Shown here piece by piece: positions 17,928 through 28,173 of a DNA stretch of 64,000 nt (position 1 is the stretch's first letter; each line of letters opens with the position of its first letter). The DNA is from an uncultured Bacteroidia bacterium. GTDB lineage: Bacteria; Bacteroidota; Bacteroidia; Bacteroidales; UBA932. Made by a program: the position numbers and the translations under genes. The stretch is taken from positions 11,364 to 75,363 of the forward strand of contig CADANY010000014.1 in the NCBI GenBank assembly GCA_902789395.1, given 5' to 3'. The notes below the pieces were generated by a model. That model was given only the letters and a program-made list of their open reading frames with translations. It was not told the DNA's origin and searched no databases.

Positions 17928-19136
17928 ATGGAAAAAATCAAAATGACTACACCGCTCGTCGAGATGGACGGCGATGAAATGACCCGAATCCTTTGGAAGA
18001 TGATCAAGGATGAACTGATCCTTCCCTTCGTAGACCTCAAGACCGAATACTATGACCTTGGCCTCGAATACCGGGACAAGACTTCCGATCAGGTAACCGT
18101 TGATTCCGCCCTTGCGACGAAAAAGTACGGTGTCGCCGTCAAATGTGCGACCATTACGCCGAATGTCCAGCGTATGAGCGAGTACAATCTGCATGAGATG
18201 TGGAAGAGCCCGAACGGGACCATCCGTGCCATGCTCGACGGTACCGTTTTCCGTTGCCCGATCACGATCCCTTCGATCCATCCGGCCGTTAAGTTCTGGA
18301 AGAAACCGATCACGATCGCCCGTCATGCCTATGGCGATGTCTATCGTGACGTTGAGATCCAGACGACCGAACCCGGCGTCGCCAAACTCGTTTTCGAAGG
18401 GGAAAGCGGCAAGAGAGAGGAACTCGTAATCAATAAGTTCACCGGCCCTGGCGTCATCGAAGGCATGCATAATACCGATGCTTCGATCCGCAGTTTCGCG
18501 CATTCCTGCTTCAAATATGCCCTTGACATCAAGCAGACGATCTGGTTTGCTACCAAGGATACCATCTCCAAGAAATACGACGGCCGCTTCAAGGCGATCT
18601 TCGAAGAGGTCTTCCAGGAATACAAGGAGGCCTTCGACGCTGCCGGTATCGAGTATTTCTATACCCTGATCGACGATGCCGTCGCCCGCGTCATGCGCAG
18701 CGAAGGCGGTTTCATCTGGGCCTGCAAGAATTATGACGGCGACGTCATGTCCGATATGGTCTCTACCGCATTCGGTTCCCTCGCCATGATGACTTCCGTT
18801 CTCGTCAGCCCGGACGGCAAGTATGAGTACGAGGCCGCTCACGGTACCGTAACCCGTCACTACTACAAGTACCTGAAGGGAGAAGAGACTTCGACCAATC
18901 CGATTGCGACGATCTTCGCATGGAGCGGCGCTTTCCGCAAGAGGGGAGAGCTCGACAACCTTCCGGAACTGGTCAACTATGCCAATCAGCTCGAGGCCGC
19001 CTGCTTCGATACCCTCAATGAGGGCTTGGTCACCAAGGACCTCGTCAACCTGATGGAAGGAGTCGAGGCGAAGGCCCTCAATTCCGCTGATTTCCTCAAG
19101 GCCATCCGGGTCCGTCTCGAGAAACGTCTGAGCTAA
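17928..19136 (+). CDS. icd: NADP-dependent isocitrate dehydrogenase
   Basis: Motifs [31 protein letters not shown] and [11 protein letters not shown]. Confidence 0.97.
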   Translation: MEKIKMTTPLVEMDGDEMTRILWKMIKDELILPFVDLKTEYYDLGLEYRDKTSDQVTVDSALATKKYGVAVKCATITPNVQRMSEYNLHEMWKSPNGTIRAMLDGTVFRCPITIPSIHPAVKFWKKPITIARHAYGDVYRDVEIQTTEPGVAKLVFEGESGKREELVINKFTGPGVIEGMHNTDASIRSFAHSCFKYALDIKQTIWFATKDTISKKYDGRFKAIFEEVFQEYKEAFDAAGIEYFYTLIDDAVARVMRSEGGFIWACKNYDGDVMSDMVSTAFGSLAMMTSVLVSPDGKYEYEAAHGTVTRHYYKYLKGEETSTNPIATIFAWSGAFRKRGELDNLPELVNYANQLEAACFDTLNEGLVTKDLVNLMEGVEAKALNSADFLKAIRVRLEKRLS

Positions 19137-19144
19137 TTCAGTAT

Positions 19145-20071
19145 ATGAAAATCGTTTTTCTCGATGCGGCCACGATGGGCACAACTCCGATGACGGCAAT
19201 TGCCGCCATCGGAGACTTTGTCTGCTATGATTCCTCGACGGCCGACGAGGCTAGGGAAAGAGCTCATGACGCCGATGTTGTGATCCTGAATAAGATCATC
19301 GTAGACAAGGCTTTCCTGGATGCCGCTCCGAAGGTGCGGCTGATTTGCGAGGCGGGTACCGGCATCAACAACATCGACGTGGATCTGTGTCGCGAACGCG
19401 GTGTAATCGTCCGGAATGTTGCCGGTTATTCGACCGATTCTGTCGCCCAGCTGACCTGGATGCACATCCTGAATCTTGTAGGGAATGCCTTCCACTATGA
19501 CCGTTACGTCAAAGACGGGCGCTATTCCGCCGGCAAGATCCATACGGATGCGGCCCATCCTTTCACGGAACTCGCGGGAAAAACGATCGGAATCGTAGGT
19601 ATGGGGGCGATCGGACAGAAAGTCGCTTCGATCGCCCGTGCCTTCGGTATGGAAGTTATTTATTTCTCGACGTCCGGTACTTCGCACTGCAAGGAGTATC
19701 CGTCCGTGTCTCTCGAAGAATTGCTCCGTCGGAGTGATGTCGTCAGCATCCATGCGCCGTATAACGCCAAAACCGCCGGTCTCATCGGGTATGAGCAGCT
19801 CAAGCTGATGAAACCGACGGCGGTTCTGGTCAATACCGGACGCGGGGGAATCGCCGTTGAGAAAGATCTCGTCCGGGCCATTGATGAGGAAATCATCGCC
19901 GGCATCGGAATCGATGTGTATGAAAGGGAGCCGATTCCTTTGGACCATCCCTATCTCCATTCCGCCCACCCGGAAAGGATTCTTCTGTCGCCTCATGTGG
20001 CATGGACCAGTAACGAGGCCCGTCAACGGCTTGCCGATGAAATGGCGGCTAATATCATGAAAGGTTGGTAA
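19145..20071 (+). CDS. D-2-hydroxyacid dehydrogenase (glycerate dehydrogenase-like)
   Basis: Motifs GIVGMGAIG, SIHAP, NTGRGG, DVYEREP and SPHVAW. Confidence 0.9.
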   Translation: MKIVFLDAATMGTTPMTAIAAIGDFVCYDSSTADEARERAHDADVVILNKIIVDKAFLDAAPKVRLICEAGTGINNIDVDLCRERGVIVRNVAGYSTDSVAQLTWMHILNLVGNAFHYDRYVKDGRYSAGKIHTDAAHPFTELAGKTIGIVGMGAIGQKVASIARAFGMEVIYFSTSGTSHCKEYPSVSLEELLRRSDVVSIHAPYNAKTAGLIGYEQLKLMKPTAVLVNTGRGGIAVEKDLVRAIDEEIIAGIGIDVYEREPIPLDHPYLHSAHPERILLSPHVAWTSNEARQRLADEMAANIMKGW

Positions 20072-20077
20072 AGCATT

Positions 20078-21001
20078 ATGAATAAAGCAATTGTTTATTT
20101 TACCCGCGAACTGACCCCGGAGGGGCTGGTTCGGATTTATGAGGCCCTCGGCCGTCCGGCTAAAGGGCGTGTCGCCGTCAAGATTTCGACAGGAGAGGCC
20201 GGCGGACACAACTATCTCAAACCGGAACTCATCGGTGCCCTTGTTAAGAAAGTGGATGGTACGATCGTCGAATGCAATACGGCTTATGAAGGTCAGCGCA
20301 TGGAGACCGCGGACCATCTGAAAGTAATCGAGGATCATGGGTTCAATGCGATCGCAAAGGTTGATATCATGGATGCGGACGGAGAGATCAGGATCCCGGT
20401 CCGGGATTCGTCCTGGATCAAGTATGACATCGTTGGCGATCATATCAAAAACTATGATTTCATGATCAACCTCGCCCATTTCAAAGGCCACGCGATGGGT
20501 GGATTCGGCGGCGTCCTGAAAAACCAGTCCATTGGAGTCGCTTCCCGAAACGGGAAAGGGTATATCCACAGCGCTGGCAAGTCCGAAGATTACCGTACCG
20601 CATGGGACAATCTCCCGGAGGGCTGGGAAGATGATCCCAGGAAGAACGATCCCTTTATTGAGTCCATGGCCTCGGCAGCACAGGCTGTCCATGACTATTT
20701 CGGGGGCGATCGCATCCTCTATATCGATGTCATGAACAACATTTCCATCGATTGCGACTGCGATTCCCATCCGGCCGATCCGACAATCCAGGATATCGGC
20801 ATCGCTGCGTCTCTTGATCCTGTCGCCCTCGACCGTTTCTGCCTGGACCAGGTCTTCAATCTTGAACCCTCTCCGGAGAATGACAATGCCGCCCTTCTCG
20901 AACGGATCAGGCAGCGTCATGGAATCCATATTGTCGACCATGCAGAGAAAATCGGACTCGGAACGACGAAGTACACGGTTGTCGATATTGACAAGAAGTA
21001 A
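20078..21001 (+). CDS. DUF362 domain protein (Fe-S-associated family)
   Basis: Motifs VAVKISTGE, VECNTAY, HFKGHAMGGFGGVLKN, DCDCD and SLDPVALD. Confidence 0.85.
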   Translation: MNKAIVYFTRELTPEGLVRIYEALGRPAKGRVAVKISTGEAGGHNYLKPELIGALVKKVDGTIVECNTAYEGQRMETADHLKVIEDHGFNAIAKVDIMDADGEIRIPVRDSSWIKYDIVGDHIKNYDFMINLAHFKGHAMGGFGGVLKNQSIGVASRNGKGYIHSAGKSEDYRTAWDNLPEGWEDDPRKNDPFIESMASAAQAVHDYFGGDRILYIDVMNNISIDCDCDSHPADPTIQDIGIAASLDPVALDRFCLDQVFNLEPSPENDNAALLERIRQRHGIHIVDHAEKIGLGTTKYTVVDIDKK

Positions 21002-21003
21002 TC

Positions 21004-21789
21004 ATGAAAAGATTCTGTCTGACTCTTACTGCCGTTCTCATGATGGGAACGGCTTTCGCGCAGGAATTCGCCCTGCCGCAGCGGCCGAAGGAGGAAGGTG
21101 AAATCCGGGTCCTCCTGATCGGTAATTCCTTTACCTATGTCTCCCATACGGATTCCATGCTGCTGGATATTGCCGGGAGCCAGGGCGTCAGGCTGCAGAT
21201 CGGGAAGTATCTCCATGGCGGACGGACCTTCGGGCAGCACCTGAATCTCGAACGTTCCCGTCAGGCCGTCGATTTCGGAGGATATGATTTCGCATTCCTG
21301 CAGGATCAGAGCTGTACGCCTGCAAAATACGCGCTGACAGGGGATACGACCATCCTCAATAACTTCCTCCGTCTCAAGGATAACGTCCTGCGTTCTTCGC
21401 CGGGCTGTACCGTTTTTCTGGAAAGGACATGGACCTACCCGAACCTTCATTCCGGGAATGCCGAAGTTTTCGGAACGGCCGAATCATTGGACCGTTATCT
21501 CGGTGAAGGCTGCCGGAAGATGGCACTTATCGGCGGGACGCGCGTCTCTCCGATCGGAGATGCCTTCGCCCGTGCGGCGCTCGTCGCCCCCGGGATCCGT
21601 CTCCTTGCGAAGGACGACCATCATCAGAGCCCTGCCGGGGCTTATCTGAAAGCTTGTGTCAACTATCTGCTTATCAGTGGGAAGCCATTCCATGGAAAGG
21701 TCGCTTACTGCGGACTGAAACCCACGGACGCTGCCGCTCTGCAGGAAATCGCTGAGGAGATCGTTTTCCCTAAAGTCTCTCTTCCGTAA
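21004..21789 (+). CDS. Exported SGNH/DUF4886-like hydrolase
   Basis: Signal peptide; LLIGNSFT block I; LQDQS; C-terminal DDHHQSPAGAYL (DxxH). Confidence 0.75.
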   Translation: MKRFCLTLTAVLMMGTAFAQEFALPQRPKEEGEIRVLLIGNSFTYVSHTDSMLLDIAGSQGVRLQIGKYLHGGRTFGQHLNLERSRQAVDFGGYDFAFLQDQSCTPAKYALTGDTTILNNFLRLKDNVLRSSPGCTVFLERTWTYPNLHSGNAEVFGTAESLDRYLGEGCRKMALIGGTRVSPIGDAFARAALVAPGIRLLAKDDHHQSPAGAYLKACVNYLLISGKPFHGKVAYCGLKPTDAAALQEIAEEIVFPKVSLP

Positions 21790-21808
21790 ATTGAAGATCA
21801 TTAGAAAC

Positions 21809-21844
21809 AAAAAAGCCACTGAAAATCATTTCAGTGGCTTTTTT
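21809..21844. terminator. Bidirectional intrinsic terminator
   Basis: aaaaaagccactgaaa-atca-tttcagtggctttttt lies between the convergent operon end and the tRNA. Confidence 0.85.
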
Positions 21845-21845
21845 G

Positions 21846-21919
21846 TGACTCCAACAGGACTCAAACCTGTAACCTTTTGATCCGTAGTCAAATGCTCTAT
21901 TCAATTGAGCTATGGAGCC
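21846..21919 (-). tRNA. tRNA-Arg (anticodon ACG)
   Basis: Minus strand GGCTCCATAGCTCAATTGAATAGAGCATTTGACTACGGATCAAAAGGTTACAGGTTTGAGTCCTGTTGGAGTCA folds as a cloverleaf with anticodon arm TTTGA-CTACGGA-TCAAA. Confidence 0.95.
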
Positions 21920-21948
21920 ATTTCGGTGCCGACGTAGCGGCGACCTTT

Positions 21949-22329
21949 TTATTCTTCAGCTTCGGCTTTGCGAACGTACTTTCTCTCCTTGATACGTGCC
22001 TTCTTACCGGAGAGGTCACGGAGATAGAAGATGCGAGCCCGACGGACTTTACCGTACTTGTTCACTTCGATGCTGTCAATGAACGGGGACTGATAAGGGA
22101 AGATTCTTTCGACACCGATTCCACCGGAAACTTTGCGTACGGTGAAGGTCTTCGTAAAGGCATCCTTGCCCTTCGTCTGGATGACGACTCCTCTGAATTT
22201 CTGAAGTCTCTCCTTGTCACCTTCTTTGATCCGGTAGGTAACGGTGATCGTATCACCCGCCTTGAAATCCGGATATTTCGCGACTTTTTCGTTCTCAAAA
22301 GCCTGCTCTGCAATTTTGATCAAATCCAT
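21949..22329 (-). CDS. rplS: 50S ribosomal protein L19
   Basis: Motifs [24 protein letters not shown] and [10 protein letters not shown]. Confidence 0.98.
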   Translation of the reverse strand: MDLIKIAEQAFENEKVAKYPDFKAGDTITVTYRIKEGDKERLQKFRGVVIQTKGKDAFTKTFTVRKVSGGIGVERIFPYQSPFIDSIEVNKYGKVRRARIFYLRDLSGKKARIKERKYVRKAEAEE

Positions 22330-22439
22330 TTCTTTCGTCTTTTAATGCAACTTTACGCTAACTTTGAAACGATTCGTAAGAGGTTGCTCGTTTTTTCGGA
22401 CTGCAAATATACGGATTATTTTTGAAACTCCAACTTTTT

Positions 22440-23636
22440 TCAGAAAATATTTTTCTCTTTGTCAAAAAGTGCCTTGTCTTCCCGGCTCAGATCCGGCGTA
22501 AAACTGGAGTCGTTCCGCAGACTTTCAAACATCTCCTTCTCGCCCCGGCTGAGTTTCCGCGGAATCCAAACCAAGATTTTGACATATAGGTCGCCCGTAC
22601 CGCTTCCATATCCTTGCACGGACGGCAGGCCTTTCCCACGCAGTTTTACGACCGTTCCGGACTGGGTGCCCGGTTCGACCTTGACTTTATAGTTTCCATC
22701 GAGGCAGGGGACTGATATCTCCGTCCCGAGCATGGCATCCATCACGGAGATAATCGTCGTATAGAAGAGATTCTTTCCGTCGCGGAGGAGATTCTTGTGG
22801 GGCTCCTCTTTTACAACGATGAGCAGATCCCCGTTGATCCCGCCGTGCATGGCGGCATGACCCTCTCCGGAGACTGTAATCTGCATGCCGTCTTCGACTC
22901 CGGCAGGAATCTTGACCGTCACGGTTTCTTTCTTGCGCTCCAGGCCGGTCCCGTTGCAGCGCCGGCAAGGATTGCTGATGATATGCCCTTCGCCGCCGCA
23001 CTGGGGACAGACGCTCTGGGTAACCGTCTGGCCGAACAGGCTGTTGGCAACCCTGCGGACATAACCCGTTCCGTTACACTTCGGGCAGGTCTTAACGTCC
23101 GATGCGTTTTTCGTTCCACGGCCGCCGCATTCGGCGCAGGCACGGTTTCTCTCAATCGTGACCTGTTTGGTACAACCTTTAGCAATTTCTTCAAGGGTCA
23201 GTTTGACGCTGGTCCGGATATCCCGTCCGCGGTAGACCCGCTGCTGCTGTGAAGAGCCTGCGGATCCGGCGCCGAATCCGCGGAAGAAATCTCCGAATCC
23301 GCCGCCGAAATTGAATCCGCCTTCTCCAAAGACGCTCCGGAGGATGTCGTTGAGATCCATGTCCGTGAATCCGCCACCGCCGGCGCCCATGTTCTCCGTG
23401 CCGGCGAAACCGAACTGGTCATAACGGGCCTTCTTGTCCGGATCGCTGAGAACCGAATAGGCTTCAGCCGCTTCCTTGAAGTGATCCTCGGCGGTCTTTT
23501 TTTCGGCATCGGTTCCATTGACCCAACGGTCAGGGTGCCATTTCAAGGCGAGTTTCCGGTAGGCGGACTTGATTTCGTCAGCCGTTGCGGACTTCGTCAC
23601 GCCGAGAACCTCATAATAATCTCTTTTTCCTGCCAT
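22440..23636 (-). CDS. dnaJ: Chaperone DnaJ
   Basis: J domain with HPD, G/F-rich region, four CxxCxGxG repeats and C-terminal domain. Confidence 0.98.
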   Translation of the reverse strand: MAGKRDYYEVLGVTKSATADEIKSAYRKLALKWHPDRWVNGTDAEKKTAEDHFKEAAEAYSVLSDPDKKARYDQFGFAGTENMGAGGGGFTDMDLNDILRSVFGEGGFNFGGGFGDFFRGFGAGSAGSSQQQRVYRGRDIRTSVKLTLEEIAKGCTKQVTIERNRACAECGGRGTKNASDVKTCPKCNGTGYVRRVANSLFGQTVTQSVCPQCGGEGHIISNPCRRCNGTGLERKKETVTVKIPAGVEDGMQITVSGEGHAAMHGGINGDLLIVVKEEPHKNLLRDGKNLFYTTIISVMDAMLGTEISVPCLDGNYKVKVEPGTQSGTVVKLRGKGLPSVQGYGSGTGDLYVKILVWIPRKLSRGEKEMFESLRNDSSFTPDLSREDKALFDKEKNIF

Positions 23637-23640
23637 ATCC

Positions 23641-24192
23641 TTATGCTCCTACGATCACTTTGGCATACCGGAGGACTTTCCCGTAGAGGGTATAACCGTT
23701 CTGGACGACGTCAATGACCTTCCCTTTCTGGCTCTCATCCGGTGCGGGGAACATCGTGACGGCTTCGTGGTACTCCGTATCGAATTCCTTGCCGCGTGCG
23801 TCGATGGGCTCCAGTCCACGGGTCTTCAGGTATGCTTTCAATTTATTGTATATCAGAAGGGTCCCTTCTTTAGCCGCCTCGCTGTCCGTAGACTTCTCCA
23901 ATTGTGCGAGAGCGATTTCGCAATCGTCCAGGACAGGCAGCAGGCCTTTGATCGTGTCCGAAGAGGCGGATTTGACCAGTTCCAGTTTTTCCTCTGCTGT
24001 ACGGCGGCGGAATGTATCGAATTCCGCCATCAGGCGAAGGTAATCGTTTTTCGCGGCTGCCGCTTTTTCTTCAGCGGATTTAAGCGAGGCCATCGCTTCT
24101 TCCAGTTCTTTATCGATGGGTTCCTTTCCGACTTCCTTCGTACTCTCCTTTTCCGGAACTTCCTTCTTGACGCTTTCTTTTTTCTTTGACAT
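23641..24192 (-). CDS. grpE: Nucleotide exchange factor GrpE
   Basis: Motifs LRLMAEFDTFRRR, LLPVLDD, FDTEYHEAV and GYTLYGKVLRYAKV. Confidence 0.97.
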   Translation of the reverse strand: MSKKKESVKKEVPEKESTKEVGKEPIDKELEEAMASLKSAEEKAAAAKNDYLRLMAEFDTFRRRTAEEKLELVKSASSDTIKGLLPVLDDCEIALAQLEKSTDSEAAKEGTLLIYNKLKAYLKTRGLEPIDARGKEFDTEYHEAVTMFPAPDESQKGKVIDVVQNGYTLYGKVLRYAKVIVGA

Positions 24193-24251
24193 ATCTTGTT
24201 CCTTTTATTACATAATAAATCCTGCCGGATTGCTCCGGCAAAAAGATTCTC

Positions 24252-24292
24252 TCAAATAGCTTGCCAATGGAACGGAGGCTGACAGAATGTCA
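24252..24292 (-). promoter_or_regulatory. Putative heat-shock promoter of grpE-dnaJ (sigma54-like element plus palindrome)
   Basis: Minus-strand TGGCAAGCTATTTGA at 24266-24252; palindrome TGACA-GAA-TGTCA at 24280-24292. Confidence 0.5.
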
Positions 24293-24375
24293 GTCGGGCT
24301 ATTTTGGCCTGGAAAATTAGGCGATTTCAAAAAAGAATGGCTAACTTTACATGCTTAAACCAACATATAATTGAA

Positions 24376-25773
24376 ATGGCACGTTTTCTAGATCCGCCCA
24401 AGCCGAAGGCGCAAATCCCGGCCGAAAAAGTAGATAAAGAATATAAGGCAATGAGAATCAAGGTGTTCCTTGGTGCATTCCTGGGTTATGCTGCGTATTA
24501 TCTTGTCCGCAAAAACCTCTCCTTGGCGGCTCCTGACATGATCAAGGACGGCATCCTGGACGCCGGCAAGGTCGGCCTTGCCATGTCTGCGGTTTCGATC
24601 GCCTATGCGTTCAGCAAGTTCGTCATGGGAAGCGTTTCGGACCGCTCCGATGCCCGGAAATTCCTCTGCGTCGGCCTGATCCTCTCTGCTTTGACGATGA
24701 TGTCTGTCGGTCTGATCCCGTTCGGTCCGAATACCGCGGTCAACACGGCCATTATTTTTGTTCTCATGCTGGCTGTCGGCTGGCTGAGCGGGTTCGGATG
24801 GCCTCCTTGCGGCCGTATCATGGCCCACTGGTTCAGCCAGAATGAGCGGAGTTTCAAGATGAGCGTGTGGAATGTTTCCCATACCATCGGCAGTTTCTCC
24901 CTTGGTTTCCTGGCAATCGCCGGCGTCTCTCTCGCCGCGGATCTCGGCATCGCCCAGACCTGGCGCGGAAACTTCGTTTTCCCGGCCGTCGTCGCCATGG
25001 TGATCGCATTGTTCTGCTGGTGGGCGATCCGCGATACGCCGGAGTCCTGCGGCCTTCCTTCCGTCGGAGACTGGCGCAACGACCACAGTGGCCTCAAGTC
25101 CAAGGGGGCGGCAGGGGAGAAGCTCCCTTTCAAGGTCCTCTTCGTCGATTATGTCCTTAAGAATAAGCTCCTTTGGATCGTCGCCATCTCCAATGTCGCA
25201 GTCTATATGGTCCGTTACGGAATCGGAGACTGGGCTCCGACCTATCTCCAGGAAAAGGGTATCATGACGGCCGCCGAAAGCAAGATCGCGTTCTCGGTCC
25301 ATAATATCGTCGGAGCCGTCGGTACCATCGCCTGCGGCTGGGCAACGTCTAAGATCTTCAAGGGACGCTGCGCTCCGATGAACGTAATCTGTATGTTCCT
25401 CTGTGCCATCGGTGTCCTCCTTTACTGGATGGTCGGTTCCGGCATCGTCCAGGTCAATCCGTCGATGCAGAAAGTCCTGGTCTATGTCGCCTTGTGCCTC
25501 ATCGGTTTCTTCATTTATGGCCCGGTTGCCCTGACAGGCGTCCAGGCGCTCAACCTTGTTCCGAAGAATGCTGCGGGTACGGCGGCCGGTTTTGTCGGTC
25601 TGTTCGGATACCTGATCGGCGATGCGATCTGCTCCAAGATCGTTGTCGGCGGTATCGCCAACAGCTTCTCATGGGATACGGCTATGCTTTCCGTTGCCAT
25701 CGGATCCCTGATCGGCGTATTCCTGTGCGCCCTGCTGATCCCGAGTGAAAAGAAACTTTCTGAAGCCAATTAA
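24376..25773 (+). CDS. glpT: MFS organophosphate:Pi antiporter, glycerol-3-phosphate transporter-like
   Basis: Motifs YYLVRKN, SDRSDAR, GWPPCGR, WNVSH, RYGIGDWAPTYL, YGPV and GTAAGFVGLFGY. Start placed at the ATG at 24376. Confidence 0.85.
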   Translation: MARFLDPPKPKAQIPAEKVDKEYKAMRIKVFLGAFLGYAAYYLVRKNLSLAAPDMIKDGILDAGKVGLAMSAVSIAYAFSKFVMGSVSDRSDARKFLCVGLILSALTMMSVGLIPFGPNTAVNTAIIFVLMLAVGWLSGFGWPPCGRIMAHWFSQNERSFKMSVWNVSHTIGSFSLGFLAIAGVSLAADLGIAQTWRGNFVFPAVVAMVIALFCWWAIRDTPESCGLPSVGDWRNDHSGLKSKGAAGEKLPFKVLFVDYVLKNKLLWIVAISNVAVYMVRYGIGDWAPTYLQEKGIMTAAESKIAFSVHNIVGAVGTIACGWATSKIFKGRCAPMNVICMFLCAIGVLLYWMVGSGIVQVNPSMQKVLVYVALCLIGFFIYGPVALTGVQALNLVPKNAAGTAAGFVGLFGYLIGDAICSKIVVGGIANSFSWDTAMLSVAIGSLIGVFLCALLIPSEKKLSEAN

Positions 25774-25781
25774 CCGTTGAA

Positions 25782-27728
25782 ATGAAACAGAGACGCATTC
25801 TATCTCTTCTCGTTTTTTTGTCCGCGGCCCTGCTGGTGTTTTCCTGCCAGGAGAAAAACGGGCCCGAACAAACGGCGCAACCTGTTCCGACCCATATTAT
25901 TCTTCCGACCGTGCTGGAAATAGAGCAGGGGAAGGGTGCGCAGCTCCTGTTCAAGGCAGATCCCCTTCTTGAACCGACGGACCGTCTCGTATTCAAGTCT
26001 GTCAGCGGAACGGAATTTACCGCTGCGATCCGTTCCCTCGATCCGAAGAGCGGGTTGACGTTCGATCCCGATCCATCCATGCCGGGAGGCTATTATACCG
26101 TTTATGTCCTCCGCGGAGAGCAGAAGTATTATGTTGGCAAATCGGAGGTCGTCATCCTTTCCGGCATTGATGTCGATCCCGATGAAGGTGTGACGGTCTA
26201 TGGGATGATCACCTGTGAAGGGAAGGGCGTCCCCGGAGTTGTCGTCTCTGACGGGGCTCTTGTGACGGTGACGGACCAGGACGGTATGTACCAGCTCAAG
26301 TCCGAGAAGAAATGGAACTATGTGTTCATGTCCGTTCCGAGCGGGTATGAGCCGATCTCAGATGGCATCCTTCCCGAATTTCATGCGACGCTCAAGCAGG
26401 CTCCGGGCGTAAAGGAGCGCAAGGATTTCGAATTGAAAGCCGTCCCGAACGATAAGTTCACCCTGTATGTCCTTGGCGATATGCATCTGGCGAACCGCAC
26501 GGAGGACATCAAACAGTTCCGCCAGGTCTGTACGGACCTGAACCGGACCATGGATGCGACTTCCGGTCCCCAGTATATCCTGACCCTCGGCGATATGACC
26601 TGGGATCTCTACTGGTATGACAGGAATTTCTGTTTCCCGGAGTATATCGCGGAAGCGAACTACAATTTCAAGGATATCCTCTTCTATCACACGATGGGAA
26701 ACCATGACAACGACATGAATTCCGTCGGTGATTACAACAAGGCGTTCCGGTATACGCGTGACGTTGCGCCGACGTTCTATTCCTTCAATATCGGGAAGAT
26801 CCACTTCATCGTCCTTGACGATATCGACTACAACAATGTCGGGACCGGTTCCGCCGCCCGCAAAGACTATGTCCGGGATATCACGGCCGAGCAGATGGAC
26901 TGGCTCCGCAAGGATCTCGCCTACGTCGACAAGTCGACGCCGGTCTACGTCTCTTCCCACGCACCGGTCTTCATGCCCAGCGGCGCGACCGGCTGGCACA
27001 ACAACCTGACGGGCGCCAACGCCACCGGGGAAGCCAATACGGACGATCTCCTGAATGTCCTGAAAGACTATAAAGTCCATTTCCTGTCCGGCCATACCCA
27101 TAATGTATTCAATTACCATAAATCGGACAATTGGATCGAACACAACGTCGGTGCTGTCTGTGCGTCCTGGTGGTGGAGCGGTCACCTGACACCCGGCGTC
27201 CATGTCTCCCAGGACGGAGCTCCGGGCGGATACGGGGTCTTCACGTTCGACGGAAAGGATATGAGCCACTATTTCAAAGCCTCCGGCTGGGGAAAGGATT
27301 ATCAGTTCCGCGCCTATGATATGGCGGAGGTGAAAAAGGTCATTACGCTGGAGTCCGGCGGCAGCAAGGAACTCTTCAAAGTCCATGTCGATGATATCCA
27401 GTCCTATAACGACAAGGATATCCTCATCAATGTCTGGGATTATGATCCCGAGTGGACCGTTACGGTTACGGAGAATGGAAAGGATCTTCCTCTGACCCCC
27501 GTCCTCGGGCGGGATCCGCTCCACGAGGCTGCCCTGACGGCCAAGCGTTACAAGACGGCGGATAACCCGACTTTTGTGACCGGTCAGTGGAATCACTTCT
27601 TCAAAGCGACCTCCTCCGACACACGTTCGACGGTTGTCATTACGGTAAAGGACCGTAACGGCAATGTCTACCAGGAGACGATGCAGCGGCCCAAACCATT
27701 TACCCTGGACGACTATACGGCCAAATAA
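25782..27728 (+). CDS. Calcineurin-like metallophosphoesterase lipoprotein (MetallophosN/C flanked)
   Basis: Lipobox VFSC; motifs GVVVSDG, GDMH, LGD, MGNHD, LSGHTH, HNVGAVC and DGAPGGY. Confidence 0.88.
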   Translation: MKQRRILSLLVFLSAALLVFSCQEKNGPEQTAQPVPTHIILPTVLEIEQGKGAQLLFKADPLLEPTDRLVFKSVSGTEFTAAIRSLDPKSGLTFDPDPSMPGGYYTVYVLRGEQKYYVGKSEVVILSGIDVDPDEGVTVYGMITCEGKGVPGVVVSDGALVTVTDQDGMYQLKSEKKWNYVFMSVPSGYEPISDGILPEFHATLKQAPGVKERKDFELKAVPNDKFTLYVLGDMHLANRTEDIKQFRQVCTDLNRTMDATSGPQYILTLGDMTWDLYWYDRNFCFPEYIAEANYNFKDILFYHTMGNHDNDMNSVGDYNKAFRYTRDVAPTFYSFNIGKIHFIVLDDIDYNNVGTGSAARKDYVRDITAEQMDWLRKDLAYVDKSTPVYVSSHAPVFMPSGATGWHNNLTGANATGEANTDDLLNVLKDYKVHFLSGHTHNVFNYHKSDNWIEHNVGAVCASWWWSGHLTPGVHVSQDGAPGGYGVFTFDGKDMSHYFKASGWGKDYQFRAYDMAEVKKVITLESGGSKELFKVHVDDIQSYNDKDILINVWDYDPEWTVTVTENGKDLPLTPVLGRDPLHEAALTAKRYKTADNPTFVTGQWNHFFKATSSDTRSTVVITVKDRNGNVYQETMQRPKPFTLDDYTAK

Positions 27729-27743
27729 ACAGAAATCACAGCC

Positions 27744-28148
27744 ATGGACGAGAACGAAGTCAAGTATGAGCTGGAAACAGCTTCCGGAAAGTATGAAAAG
27801 AACTACTCCGAAAACAAGTTTTGGGATAAATTGGGCACCGTTGCCAAAAAGGCGGGCATCAAGGTCGTCTATGCCGCTCTGCTGCTCTATTATGTCCTTA
27901 AGAATCCGATGACGCCCCGGAAGGACCGGAACAAGATCCTTGGGGCGCTTGGTTATCTGATCCTTCCGCTCGACCTGATTCCCGACTGGATTCCGGTGGC
28001 CGGCTATACCGACGATCTGGCTGCACTCACTTGGGCTATCTACACGGTTGCAAAGTGCATTACGCCCGAGGTCAAAGAGCAGGCCGCGGCCAAATGCCAT
28101 GAATGGTTCGGTGCGTTCGATCCGTCGATTCTGGAAAGTCTGTTCTGA
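27744..28148 (+). CDS. YkvA / DUF1232 family membrane protein
   Basis: Motif GALGYLILPLDLIPDWIPVAGYTDD. Confidence 0.9.
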   Translation: MDENEVKYELETASGKYEKNYSENKFWDKLGTVAKKAGIKVVYAALLLYYVLKNPMTPRKDRNKILGALGYLILPLDLIPDWIPVAGYTDDLAALTWAIYTVAKCITPEVKEQAAAKCHEWFGAFDPSILESLF

Positions 28149-28173
28149 GATTATCAATTAAAAACTGCCTACC

